DNA of 52,156 bases from a virus. Its lineage: Duplodnaviria > Caudoviricetes. Each line of letters begins with the position of its first letter. The first letter of the stretch is position 1. The notes beneath the pieces are model-generated. The model did no database searches and was not told the DNA's origin. It worked only from the letters and a program-made list of their open reading frames with translations. This document shows, one piece after another, positions 1-10,400 of this stretch. The position numbers and the translations under genes were made by a program. The DNA lies in the IMG/VR virus record IMGVR_UViG_3300025120_000077, positions 1 to 52,156 of that record, one strand, 5' to 3'.

Positions 1-812
1 GTGTTCAAAAATTAGCAGCACTTAGTTCAAATACAGCTACCCGTCATATATTAGACGGAAGTCTTTACATATATCGTACTTTGGCGGAAGCCTTAACGTA
101 TAGGGTGGCTGATATTTTAGAGTATTCAGACTTTAAAGAAGACTTTGTAAATAAAATAGGAAAATACAATGTTAGTATTTTGGGTGAAATATCTGATTTA
201 TATATTTATGACTTTGGCGTATTTATAGAGTTATCTCCTGATGAAGAACAAAAAGCAATGCTTGAGCAAAACATTCAAATGGCTTTATCAAAAGGTGACA
301 TTAACTTAGAAGATGCTATAGATATAAGAGAGATAAAAAATCTTAAGTTAGCAAATCAATTGCTTAAAGTCAAACGTAAATCAAAACAAGAGCAGGACGA
401 ACAAAGAGAAATGCAGAAGCAAGCAATGATATCTCAGCAGCAACTTAAATCACAAGAGCTAGCTGCACAAGTTGCAATGCAAAAAATTGAATTTGAAACC
501 CAAGGCAAGTTAAAATATAAGCAAGGAGAAATGCAGTTAGAGATTGAGCGTAATAAAGTTGAGGCCCAGCTTAAAAGTCAATTAATGGAGCAAGAGTTTA
601 ATTATAATTTACAACTGAGAAATATGGACGGTATGGCATTGTCAAATCGCGAACAAACAAGAGAAGATGCCAAAAGTCAAAGAATAAGTCAGCAAAACAC
701 TGAGCAGTCCAAGTTAATAAACCAAAGAAAAAATAATCTTCCTCCTTTAAATTTTGAATCAAATGAAGATAGTTTGGATGGTTTTGACCTAGCTGAGTTT
801 GAGCCTAGATAA
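1..812 (+). CDS. Portal protein, C-terminal part (5'-truncated by window)
   Basis: Frame is open from base 3 (VQKLAALSSNTATRHIL...), so the start at 81 is internal. Q/E/K-rich coiled-coil tail; lies directly upstream of scaffold and major capsid. Confidence 0.75.
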   Translation, partial: VQKLAALSSNTATRHILDGSLYIYRTLAEALTYRVADILEYSDFKEDFVNKIGKYNVSILGEISDLYIYDFGVFIELSPDEEQKAMLEQNIQMALSKGDINLEDAIDIREIKNLKLANQLLKVKRKSKQEQDEQREMQKQAMISQQQLKSQELAAQVAMQKIEFETQGKLKYKQGEMQLEIERNKVEAQLKSQLMEQEFNYNLQLRNMDGMALSNREQTREDAKSQRISQQNTEQSKLINQRKNNLPPLNFESNEDSLDGFDLAEFEPR

Positions 813-838
813 TGTTAAAAGTGTATATAAATATTATA

Positions 839-846
839 TAACTTTG
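839..846 (+). promoter_or_regulatory. Bacteroidota-type -7 promoter box (TAACTTTG)
   Basis: Matches TAnnTTTG in the gap before the scaffold gene; the same box recurs in many other gaps. Confidence 0.65.
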
Positions 847-873
847 TAATTAATAAAATCAAATCTAAATCTA

Positions 874-2031
874 ATGGAAATTAAAGTAAGAGAATTAACT
901 GATGTTGAAGAAAAGTCAGTACAAGAAGTAGAGCAAGAATTGCTTAACAAGCATGAAGCTCAACAAGAATTAAAGTTTGAAGAGGACGCAGAGGCCAAAT
1001 CAAACGCAGAGGTGAAAAGTGATTCAGCAGAAAAAGTTGAAGAGCAAGTAGAAGATCAAGAGACAAATAACGTCGACTCACCTTCCGAAGAAAATAAAGA
1101 ATCTAAGGAGTTATCCGAAGAAGAAGTTCTTTCATATATTGGAAATAGATACGGTAAGGAAATCAATTCTATCGACGAATTGGTTACCGCAAGAGAAGAG
1201 GCACCAGAAATGCCTGAAGATGTTGCGGCTTACTTTAAGTATAAAAAAGAAACAGGAAGAAGCATTGAAGAATTTGTAAAGTTACAAAGAGATTATTCTG
1301 ATGTTAATCCTGATACTTTGGTAAGAGAATATTTGACAATTACTGAAGAAGGTTTAGATCCTGAAGACATAGATTCCTTGATGGAAGATTATGAATACGA
1401 TGAGGATATAGATGATGATTCAGCAATTAAGAAAATTAAATTATCAAAGAAAAAAATTACTGCTAAAGCTAAAAAGTTTTTTAAGGAACAGCAAGAACAA
1501 TACAAGTTGCCCCTTGAGTCAAGGGAAAACCAGTTCACTGATACTGAAGAATATAATGCTTATAAGCAGTATGTGAATACGGCTCAAAGTCAACAGGAAG
1601 AGGCTAAACGCAAAAGCGAATGGTTTGTCAAAAAAAGTGACGAAATATTCAACAATGAATTTAAAGGTTTTAAGTTCAATTTAGATCAAAGCGAATTATT
1701 CTTTACACCTGGTAATGCTTCTGAATTAAAAAAAGCTCAAGAAACACCAATGAATTTTGTAAATAAATTTGTTGACGATCAAGGTCTTTTACAAGATGCA
1801 GAAGGATACCACCGCTCTTTAGCTATTGCAATGAATCCCGAAAAGTTTGCTCAGTTTTTTTATGAGCAAGGTAAATCAAGTGCAACAGAAAATGTAATGC
1901 GTAAGACTAAAAATATTGATATGTCTGAGCGTTCAACTCCTGAAGCAGTTGCTAAATCTGGGTTTCAAGTTAAATCAGTATCATCGCCTTCAAGCAATGG
2001 ACTGAGAATTAAAAGTGTAAAAAGAACTTAA
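874..2031 (+). CDS. Capsid scaffolding protein
   Basis: Very acidic, low-complexity N-terminus and helical body; located between portal and major capsid. Confidence 0.7.
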   Translation: MEIKVRELTDVEEKSVQEVEQELLNKHEAQQELKFEEDAEAKSNAEVKSDSAEKVEEQVEDQETNNVDSPSEENKESKELSEEEVLSYIGNRYGKEINSIDELVTAREEAPEMPEDVAAYFKYKKETGRSIEEFVKLQRDYSDVNPDTLVREYLTITEEGLDPEDIDSLMEDYEYDEDIDDDSAIKKIKLSKKKITAKAKKFFKEQQEQYKLPLESRENQFTDTEEYNAYKQYVNTAQSQQEEAKRKSEWFVKKSDEIFNNEFKGFKFNLDQSELFFTPGNASELKKAQETPMNFVNKFVDDQGLLQDAEGYHRSLAIAMNPEKFAQFFYEQGKSSATENVMRKTKNIDMSERSTPEAVAKSGFQVKSVSSPSSNGLRIKSVKRT

Positions 2032-2053
2032 TATTAATTAAAAATTTATTATC

Positions 2054-3517
2054 ATGGCAGGACAAGTCAAAAGTACTCCTACTTTTGCGCTAACGCCAAG
2101 TTCAGAGAGAACTCCGACAGCGCAAAATTATCTAACCAATGCAGATTTCGATTGGTTAAATCAATATTTACCTGACACTTACGAAAAAGAATTCGAGCGT
2201 TACGGTAACAGAACTATCTCATCTTTCCTACGTATGGTGGGTGCTGAGATGCCTACTAACTCTGACTTAATCAAATGGGCAGAGCAAGGTAGACTACACA
2301 CTAAATACACTAATGTTGGATCAGCAGGAGCTGGTGCGGCAGACCAAGTTGTATTTCAAGTTAATGATGTATTAGACCCTACAGCTGCAGAGCAAGTTAT
2401 TAGAGTTGGACAGACAGTAGTTATTGTGCAAAACGATGGCTCAGGATCAAACAAAGCTGTAGTTAGTGCGGTTAATAATGCTGGTGGTGGAAGAGGACAG
2501 TTTACAGCTGACTTTTACGAAGCCGGTGGTTTAACAACTGCAGGTACAGGTGTTGGTAATGCTGACGTTACTGTATTTATCTATGGGTCAGAATTCAAGA
2601 AAGGTACTGCTGGAATGGCTGGATCTCTTGAATCAAATGATTTCATCTTTGACAACAAGCCTATTATCATCAAAGATACTTACAATGTATCTGGATCTGA
2701 TATGGCACAAATCGGATGGATTGAGATCACTACGGAAGACGGTGGAACAGGATACCTATGGTATCTAAAATCTGAGCATGAAACAAGACTTAGATTTGAC
2801 GATTATCTAGAAACAGCAATGATTGAAGCTGTACCCGCTGAGACAAACTCAGGAGCTGCTGCCATTCTTGGTAGTGCAGGTGGTGCTGCTGATCCTGGAG
2901 CTGGATCTGATGGTATTTTCTATGCTGTACAACAAAGAGGTAATATCTGGGACGGTGGAAACCCAACAGTGTTAGCTGACTTTGATAATGTAATTAGTCG
3001 TCTAGACAAGCAAGGAGCGATTGAAGAAAACGTATTATTCGTTGACAGACAATTTGCTTTTGATATTGATGATATGTTAGCTGCCCAAAACTCTTACGGA
3101 GCAGGCGGTACTTCATATGGTCTTTTTGACAATGACGAAGAGATGGCGTTAAACTTAGGTTTCTCAGGATTTAGAAGAGGTTATGACTTCTACAAGACTG
3201 ACTGGAAATACCTGAATGACCCAACTATGAGAGGTGGACTTCCAACAGGAGCAGGATCAGGACGTGTAAACGGACTACTTGTGCCCGCTGGATCAACTAG
3301 TGTTTACGACCAAATCCTTGGTAAAAACGCTAAGAGACCTTTCTTACATGTTAGATATAGAGCTTCAGAAACTGAAGACAGACGTTACAAAACTTGGATT
3401 ACTGGTTCTGCTGGTGGTGCAAGAACAAGTGATGTTGATAACATGCAAGTAAACTTCTTGTCAGAGAGAGCTGTTTGTACTTTAGGTGCTAACAACTTCT
3501 TTATCTTCCAAGAATAG
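2054..3517 (+). CDS. Major capsid protein
   Basis: 487 aa; follows scaffold; N-terminal IKWAEQGRLH-type motif seen in Bacteroidota podophage capsids; followed by a terminator. Confidence 0.8.
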   Translation: MAGQVKSTPTFALTPSSERTPTAQNYLTNADFDWLNQYLPDTYEKEFERYGNRTISSFLRMVGAEMPTNSDLIKWAEQGRLHTKYTNVGSAGAGAADQVVFQVNDVLDPTAAEQVIRVGQTVVIVQNDGSGSNKAVVSAVNNAGGGRGQFTADFYEAGGLTTAGTGVGNADVTVFIYGSEFKKGTAGMAGSLESNDFIFDNKPIIIKDTYNVSGSDMAQIGWIEITTEDGGTGYLWYLKSEHETRLRFDDYLETAMIEAVPAETNSGAAAILGSAGGAADPGAGSDGIFYAVQQRGNIWDGGNPTVLADFDNVISRLDKQGAIEENVLFVDRQFAFDIDDMLAAQNSYGAGGTSYGLFDNDEEMALNLGFSGFRRGYDFYKTDWKYLNDPTMRGGLPTGAGSGRVNGLLVPAGSTSVYDQILGKNAKRPFLHVRYRASETEDRRYKTWITGSAGGARTSDVDNMQVNFLSERAVCTLGANNFFIFQE

Positions 3518-3528
3518 TACACTATCTT

Positions 3529-3559
3529 AATGGGGGTGTAAAAGCCCCCATTATTTTTA
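3529..3559 (+). terminator. Rho-independent terminator after major capsid gene
   Basis: AATGGGGG-loop-CCCCCATT hairpin followed by a T-rich tract. Confidence 0.7.
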
Positions 3560-3582
3560 TTATAAATTTTAAATCTAATCTA

Positions 3583-4335
3583 ATGAATACGACTACCAAA
3601 TACGTAGATAAAATCTACAAGCTTACACGAGAAACTGCACCTTTATCCTTAATCTTAGCGTCAAGACATACACAGAGATTTCCTCTGTTATGGTTTGATG
3701 AAGAAACAGGATCCAACAAAGCATTAAGGTATGCAAGGAATCAAAACTCACCTTTTCAGGATGAACAAGATAATAATGCTATTTTAGAGCCTATTGTTTT
3801 TGAAAATGGGTTTTTAACAGTTCCTAAGAATAATCAAGTACTTCAGAAGTTTTTAGAATACCACCCTGGTAAAGGGCGTGTATATGTAGAAGTAGACAAA
3901 GCTAAAGATGCTGCACAAATTGTAGAAGAGTTAAATGCTGAAGTTGATGCGCTTATAGAAGCTAGACAACTTAGTGTTGATCAAGTGGAAAACATAGCTA
4001 GGGTTATATTTCAAATAGATATAACAACAGTAACAACAGCGGAGCTTAGACGAGATATATTAGTCTTTGCTAAAAATCAACCACAAGATTTTTTACTATT
4101 ATTAAAAGATCCAGCGTTAAAACTAAATTCTAAAATACAGTTATTCTTTGACAAAAAGTTACTTCAATTTAGAAATAGTAATAAAGAGGTTTGGTTTAAT
4201 ACTCCATCCAATAAAAAGAAAATGTTAAATGTTCCTTATAAAGAAGATCCCTACTATATCATTGCATCTCATTTTCAATCAGATGAGGGATTGGAAGCGT
4301 TAAAGCATCTATCTAATCTAGCAAAAAACGTATAA
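3583..4335 (+). CDS. Conserved phage protein in head module
   Basis: 250-aa ORF with AAATCTAATCTA leader; function not recognised. Confidence 0.6.
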   Translation: MNTTTKYVDKIYKLTRETAPLSLILASRHTQRFPLLWFDEETGSNKALRYARNQNSPFQDEQDNNAILEPIVFENGFLTVPKNNQVLQKFLEYHPGKGRVYVEVDKAKDAAQIVEELNAEVDALIEARQLSVDQVENIARVIFQIDITTVTTAELRRDILVFAKNQPQDFLLLLKDPALKLNSKIQLFFDKKLLQFRNSNKEVWFNTPSNKKKMLNVPYKEDPYYIIASHFQSDEGLEALKHLSNLAKNV

Positions 4336-4356
4336 ATTCATCGTTTTTATTTTTTG

Positions 4357-4364
4357 TATATTTG
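4357..4364 (+). promoter_or_regulatory. -7 promoter box (TATATTTG)
   Basis: TAnnTTTG in an intergenic gap. Confidence 0.5.
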
Positions 4365-4393
4365 TTTTTTGTTTAACCCATAAATTTTTTAAC

Positions 4394-4681
4394 ATGGCAA
4401 AATATATTACATTCGATACTGCAAGTAACGGAAATGTTCACCTTGCAACAGATGACATTCTTTATGCAGAAACTACAAGTTCAACTGCTGGAACAATCTT
4501 TTTGAAAGGCGGAAGCCACAAATTTACTGTTACTGGAACAGGTTTAACTTCAGGTTTTGCAGCAAATGTAAACGCCGCATTAGTTAACGCAGCTGAAACA
4601 AGTTGGACTAACGCAGTAGTTCCTGTAAGTAAATCAGGAGGGCTTTTAGCATTTACTAGCGTAGCTGTAGCTACTATTTAA
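4394..4681 (+). CDS. Small beta-rich virion protein (possible decoration protein)
   Basis: 95 aa, rich in A/T/G/S; has its own promoter box and terminator. Confidence 0.5.
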   Translation: MAKYITFDTASNGNVHLATDDILYAETTSSTAGTIFLKGGSHKFTVTGTGLTSGFAANVNAALVNAAETSWTNAVVPVSKSGGLLAFTSVAVATI

Positions 4682-4707
4682 CATTACCTTTTTATTAGGT
4701 ACTAGAG

Positions 4708-4740
4708 AGAGGTCATGAAAAATTGACCTCTTTTTTTTTT
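4708..4740 (+). terminator. Rho-independent terminator
   Basis: AGAGGTCA-loop-TGACCTCT followed by a long T run. Confidence 0.8.
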
Positions 4741-4743
4741 ACT

Positions 4744-4751
4744 TATCTTTG
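4744..4751 (+). promoter_or_regulatory. -7 promoter box (TATCTTTG)
   Basis: TAnnTTTG immediately after the terminator and before the tail operon. Confidence 0.6.
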
Positions 4752-4765
4752 TAAAAAGACTACTA

Positions 4766-5494
4766 ATGATAAATTCTGTAAGAAATACAGTTTTAGCAAT
4801 AATCAACAAAAACAATTACGGTTATTTATCACCTAATGATTTTAATTTATTTGCTAAACAAGCGCAACTAGATTTATTCGACGAATATTTTTTTCAATAT
4901 AATCAACAAATAAACGAGGAAAACGCAAGACTTTCTGGCACAGGATACGCAGATATAAAAAAAGGGTACGAGGAAGTAATTGATACTTTTTCAGTAACTA
5001 GTAACTTAACTCAGAATGCTGCTAATGTATACTTCTTGCCATCAGCAGCGACAACTGGATTTGATTATTATTTAATAAATGAAGTTAGATGTTCTAGCGG
5101 TGCTGTTTTTAAAGGTATTGCGGAATTAGTTTCTAATAGCAAAATAACTTCTCTTAATAATTCTAATCTCACAGCCCCATCAATTATATATCCAGCCTAC
5201 ACTCAAGAAGCGGGGTCTATAACTATTTATCCTTCTACTTTTAACGGAGCAACGGATGTTGCGTCACAATACATTAGATACCCTAAAGATCCTAAGTGGA
5301 CTTATCAAACTATCTCTAATGGGGAACCATTATTTGATCAAAGTCAATCTGATTTCCAAGATTTTGAACTTCCTTTAGATGATGGAAATGATTTAGTTTC
5401 TAAAATATTACAATACGCTGGTATATCTATAAGAGAGGCAGATGTATTTAAATTTGGTCAAGTAGAGGAACAAACACAAAATCAAGAGCAATAA
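4766..5494 (+). CDS. Head-tail ring/adaptor protein
   Basis: N-terminal helical NKNNYGYLSPNDFNLFAKQAQ and YIRYPKDP motifs typical of ring proteins of crAss-like/Bacteroidota podophages; position fits. Confidence 0.6.
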   Translation: MINSVRNTVLAIINKNNYGYLSPNDFNLFAKQAQLDLFDEYFFQYNQQINEENARLSGTGYADIKKGYEEVIDTFSVTSNLTQNAANVYFLPSAATTGFDYYLINEVRCSSGAVFKGIAELVSNSKITSLNNSNLTAPSIIYPAYTQEAGSITIYPSTFNGATDVASQYIRYPKDPKWTYQTISNGEPLFDQSQSDFQDFELPLDDGNDLVSKILQYAGISIREADVFKFGQVEEQTQNQEQ

Positions 5495-5496
5495 TT

Positions 5497-6411
5497 ATGG
5501 CATATATAGATCAGAAAAAATATTATACTAATGATGGAGTTGCACCAACAGATTTAAATTGGGGTTCGTATCAGTATGTAAGTTTGACAGATATTGTAAA
5601 TAATTTTTTATTGATGTATAATGGAAACCATTCATTAATAAATAATGTAAATAGATTTAAAATATTATTTCACGCTAAAAGAGGTATACAAGAATTAAAC
5701 TACGATGCATTTAAAGAAATAAAATCATTACAACTCACAGTGTATTCAGACTTAAGATTTGTTTTGCCTTCTGATTACGTTAATTGGGTTCGTATATCTT
5801 TATTTAAAAATAATACCATAAGGCCTCTTCTTGAAAACATTCAAGTTCAATCAGCGCTATCATATGTCCAAAGCGCTACATCTACTTTTACCTACGATGC
5901 AGACGATAATGTTAACACTCAAACATCAAGCTTAGATACGGCTAGAACTGACGGTTCACTAAATAGTATATACCTAAACCAAGCAAATCTTGATCAAGAT
6001 AATAATCCACCTTACAATGAGGATTTTTATGATACGCATATAGGAGCACGCTACGGCCTTAACACCGAAACAGCCAACATGAACCCTACCTTTACTATAG
6101 ATAAGAAAGCAGGGGTCATTAACTTTAACTCTACAATGGCGAACGAGCAGTGTATATTGGAATACATATCTGATGGGATGGAAGGAGGAGATGATTCTTT
6201 AATTACTGTAAATAAATTATTTGAAGATTATATCTACGCATATATTAAATATTCTTTATTAAACGGTAAGTTTGGAGTGCAAGAATATATTGTTAATAGA
6301 GCACGAAAAGACAAAACTGCTTTACTTCGTAATGCAAAAATACGCTTGAGCAATATTCACCCTGGTAGATTACTGATGAATATGAGGGGAGAAAATAAGT
6401 GGATAAAATAA
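5497..6411 (+). CDS. Second tail ring/adaptor protein
   Basis: LPSDYVNWVRIS motif and ring-protein architecture; precedes the tail propeller gene. Confidence 0.55.
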   Translation: MAYIDQKKYYTNDGVAPTDLNWGSYQYVSLTDIVNNFLLMYNGNHSLINNVNRFKILFHAKRGIQELNYDAFKEIKSLQLTVYSDLRFVLPSDYVNWVRISLFKNNTIRPLLENIQVQSALSYVQSATSTFTYDADDNVNTQTSSLDTARTDGSLNSIYLNQANLDQDNNPPYNEDFYDTHIGARYGLNTETANMNPTFTIDKKAGVINFNSTMANEQCILEYISDGMEGGDDSLITVNKLFEDYIYAYIKYSLLNGKFGVQEYIVNRARKDKTALLRNAKIRLSNIHPGRLLMNMRGENKWIK

Positions 6412-6412
6412 G

Positions 6413-7456
6413 ATGGCACGGACACAACGGAATTTTATTGCTGGCCGAATGAATAAAAGCCTTGATGAAAGGCTTATACCAAATGGCGAATATGAAGATG
6501 CACTCAACGTAAGGTTGGGATCAACTGAAGCATCGGAAATTGGTTCTGTAGAAAACGCCAAAGGGAACACCTTACTTACCAATTTATTTTTTCTAGATAT
6601 AGAATCATTAAGTACAAACGCTCGTTGCATAGGAGCATTTGAAGATAGTGCTAATGAAACTATTTATTGGTTTGTACATGATCCAGAATTTACTCTTTCA
6701 GATACGGGTAAATGTGATATGATTTGTTCATATAATACCGTAACAGCAAGTGTAAAGTATCATGTAGTCAGTACCGATGATGGCGGCGGCGTATTAACAA
6801 CATTAAACTTTAGCCCCATTAATCTAATAACAGCGGTAAGTAGGGTGGGAAATTTTTTATATTTTACGGATAACTTCAGTCCACCGAGATTTATAAATAT
6901 AAGTAATAGTAAAAAATATGGCCAACCAGAATTAAATGGTGTGCCGCCATCGGGATCAACAGCATTATTTAAATTTAAAGCAGGCTTTGTAACAGTAGGA
7001 GGAAATAATTTTATTGGTTTTCATAGAGGCACTTTAGATGGATGTCCAAGTAGCACACCTGGTTTTGGAACAGGTATAGTACCAACAATAACGGAAATAC
7101 AATTACCAGGAGTTGATTGCTATACTGCAGGGGCCGATAGTGTTACTAAAGGATTTGCTGTACAAGGAAATAATACAGCAAATGGTTTAGCGTTTACACA
7201 GTTTTCAACTAATGAAAGTACAGGCATTACAACTATAGGTTTAATTAATTCAAGTACAGTATCAAATCCAGGAACATCAAGTATTACAGGAAGCATTGTA
7301 GGAGATGATGGAAATAGCGGAACCTATACGGCCAACTATTCTGTTGCAACAGCCTATACAGATGGAAATGGCGCATCGCAGCAACCAGAATCAACAGGCA
7401 CTGTTACTTTGACAGGAATAACTTTAACTAATGAGGTAACTTATACTTTATCATAA
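6413..7456 (+). CDS. Tail stabilization/muzzle protein, N-terminal fragment with appended G/T-rich domain
   Basis: Starts with RNFIAGRMNKSLDERLIPNGEYEDALNVR...GSVEN and has LYFTDNFSPPRFIN, typical of podophage tail beta-propellers; then switches to an unrelated G/T-rich domain. Confidence 0.65.
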   Translation: MARTQRNFIAGRMNKSLDERLIPNGEYEDALNVRLGSTEASEIGSVENAKGNTLLTNLFFLDIESLSTNARCIGAFEDSANETIYWFVHDPEFTLSDTGKCDMICSYNTVTASVKYHVVSTDDGGGVLTTLNFSPINLITAVSRVGNFLYFTDNFSPPRFINISNSKKYGQPELNGVPPSGSTALFKFKAGFVTVGGNNFIGFHRGTLDGCPSSTPGFGTGIVPTITEIQLPGVDCYTAGADSVTKGFAVQGNNTANGLAFTQFSTNESTGITTIGLINSSTVSNPGTSSITGSIVGDDGNSGTYTANYSVATAYTDGNGASQQPESTGTVTLTGITLTNEVTYTLS

Positions 7457-7459
7457 ATT

Positions 7460-10400
7460 ATGGCAGCTTACATTGATCAATTTACTGCGGAGACTTTACT
7501 GGTAATTAAAAAACCACCGGTCGAAGCACCTACAGTTGTTCCGTTTAAAGCAGCTAGTGAAAATAATTTTTTAGAGGATAGGTTTGTTTGCTTTGCTTAT
7601 AGATACCAATACGAAGACGGAGAATACTCAGCAACCTCCCAATTTAGTAATGCTGCATTTACAGCAAAACCTTTTAAATTTAGCGTTGACAGTTATCTTA
7701 ATGAAGGGATGATTAATGCATCTAATGCTGTCACTATTACTTTTAATTCTGGAGGATCTCTTGTCAAGGCAATAGAGTTGCTATTTAAAGAGTTTAATGA
7801 TCCTACAATAAAAGTTATAGAAAGTTTAAATAGATTAAATTTAGGTATTGGGAATGATGAATTAACAACCTACACTTTTGATAATCAAAAAATATTTACG
7901 GTACTACCGGAATATGAAATTTTAAGATTGTATGATAATGTTCCATTATTAGCACAAGCTCAAACTTTAATGGGTAATAGGTTAGTCTATGGAAATTATG
8001 TAGAAGGATATGATTTAAAAGACCGTTTTAATTACCCTATTCGATTAAATTATGACACCACCTTAAAGACAAGTTCTATTGATGTTGTAGATATAACATC
8101 ATCTGAAGCAAATGGTGGGTATGATTTGGGAGGGTATTTACATGTATTTGGATGTGAAGTATTAATGGAGATAGATCCAACGCTTTTAGTAGCTGGCTCT
8201 TCAATTACTTGGAGTATCCAAATAGAACATAGTTCTTTTCAAGGTCAAACACCGTTTCCTGTAGAAACAACTACATCACGTAATGTAAGCTTTACATACA
8301 CTCTGCCACAAACATTTTCATCTGTTTACGAACTAACACAAAGTACTGATTTTGTATCTAAAATAGGGTCGTCTACAAATATCCAAACTGTAGCTAATTC
8401 TTGTAATGGAACTACCTTTACAGATGTTTTTAATTGTGCTATACCAAATCAACTAGATGCATATTTCAAAAAGGCAAGTGGTATAGCGGCGGTTAATGAA
8501 CCTTTTCAAATATTTGGTTCACCAGCCAATAACTTTATAGGTATTCAGCTTGTAGCAATGGAGTTTGTGGATAATATAAATACCCCTACACAAACTTTCT
8601 ATGAGTACTATACTATCTTATCTTCTTCAGTATCTTACTCAAGCTCTTCTAATAATTTTTCTTTACATAGCAATAGAGGATATGAGATCGGGATTATTTA
8701 TATGGATGATTTTAATCGATCATCAACCGCCCTTGTAAGTCCAGAAAACACAATTCACGTTGGTTGTGCTGACTCAATAACGAAAAACGAGATACAAGTA
8801 ACTATCCCAGGGGGCACTACTACCCCACCTCAGATAGCGCCCCGTTGGGCGACAAGGTATAAGTTTGTTATTAAGCCAGATAAAACAACTTATGAGACTA
8901 TATATACAAATGTATATTTTGAAGATCCCGATACCTTCGCTGCATATTTTTTATTAGAAGGAGAAAATGCAAATAAAGTACAAGCGGGCGATAGACTTAT
9001 AGTTAAAATTGACACAGTTGGACCAACAAATACATGTACATTTACTACTGTTTTAGAGAAGGAAAATAAAGCATCTCAATTTATTGAGATAGATAATCCT
9101 TTAGATCCTGGGGGGACTAAAGTAGCGGTCCCTGCTGGAACATACATGAAGTTAAATCCAAACAATTTTTCAATTCAAAACAGTCAAGAAGTTGGAGGTA
9201 ACTTTATTTCATATCCTCCAGTAGCTGCGACTAGTGGTAATGGTAATGGTTATCCTTGTGCAAATTTTCCAGTAACTGTAAAAAACCCTGTAACCACAGG
9301 ATCTCCAATTGCTAATGTTGACTACACCATTCCTGAAGGAAGTACCGTTAAAATTAGATATAGGAATTTTAGAGCGGGATATTTTCAACCCTTCATTGGG
9401 CAAGTACAGTATCTATATGAAGGAGAAATAGTCTCCACGGCTTTATATTCAAATTTTAAAGCATTTTTTGAAGGAGAAAATGTAATAGACAGTATTAATG
9501 CTGATGGTATTTCTTGTAATGGAACTATCAAATGTCTTGACCCTCCTAATACTAATGTTTATGATAATACTTTATACGAGCCATCCCCAGCAGCCGATCC
9601 TAAAAACATTCTAATAGGAACTGCTAATACGCAAATAAGTAGCGCCGAAAACATAAATTACTGGAGATTTGCAAAAAACACCGATACAGGTGAAACTTTT
9701 TTAATGGCCACAGGAACAGTAGGTTCTAGGCCTAGTACGGCAGTTGCATCACTTCAAATAGAAGTCATACGACGTGAAACCAGTATTGTTTTCGAAACTT
9801 TACCGCTAGACGCATTGCCTGACGTATGGTACGAAAATGGCAAGTCATTTGCCATTGACAACCAAGGTCAACATTCGGGAGATGTGCAAAATCAAGTTAT
9901 AAACTTTCAAAATTCTGTTCAGCCGATTACACCTCAAGATGCAATAGTAGATACTGGTTTTAGCAACTGTATTACTTTTGGCAACGGGGTTGAAAGTTAT
10001 AAGATTAGAGACTCTATAACAGGAAAGGAAATTAATTTTGGCAATCGCGTTAGCACAACTTCAACCCAAATATATAAAGAAGCTCATAGATTTGCAGATC
10101 TAACCTACAGTGGTGTATTTAATGATGAGTCTAATGTAAATAAACTTAACGAGTTTAACCTTGGCCTCTTAAACTTTAAGCCTTTAGAAGACTTGTATGG
10201 CCCCATAGAAAGGTTACATGCGAGAAGAACCGATATACTTGTATTACAAGAAGACAAAATATCTTATGTACTTCAAGGTAAAGACCTACTTACCGATGCT
10301 AGTGGAGGCGGCGCTTTAACTTCCGTGCCGACAGTTTTAGGTCAGCAGATTGCTAGAGATGAAGAGTTTGGGATTAGCAATAACCCTGAAAGTTTTGCCG

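Noticed and set aside
6900-7459. Intron or intein interrupting the tail gene
   Set aside because: The insert reads as an ordinary G/T-rich protein domain ending in a stop, with no intein terminal motifs or group I/II intron hallmarks.
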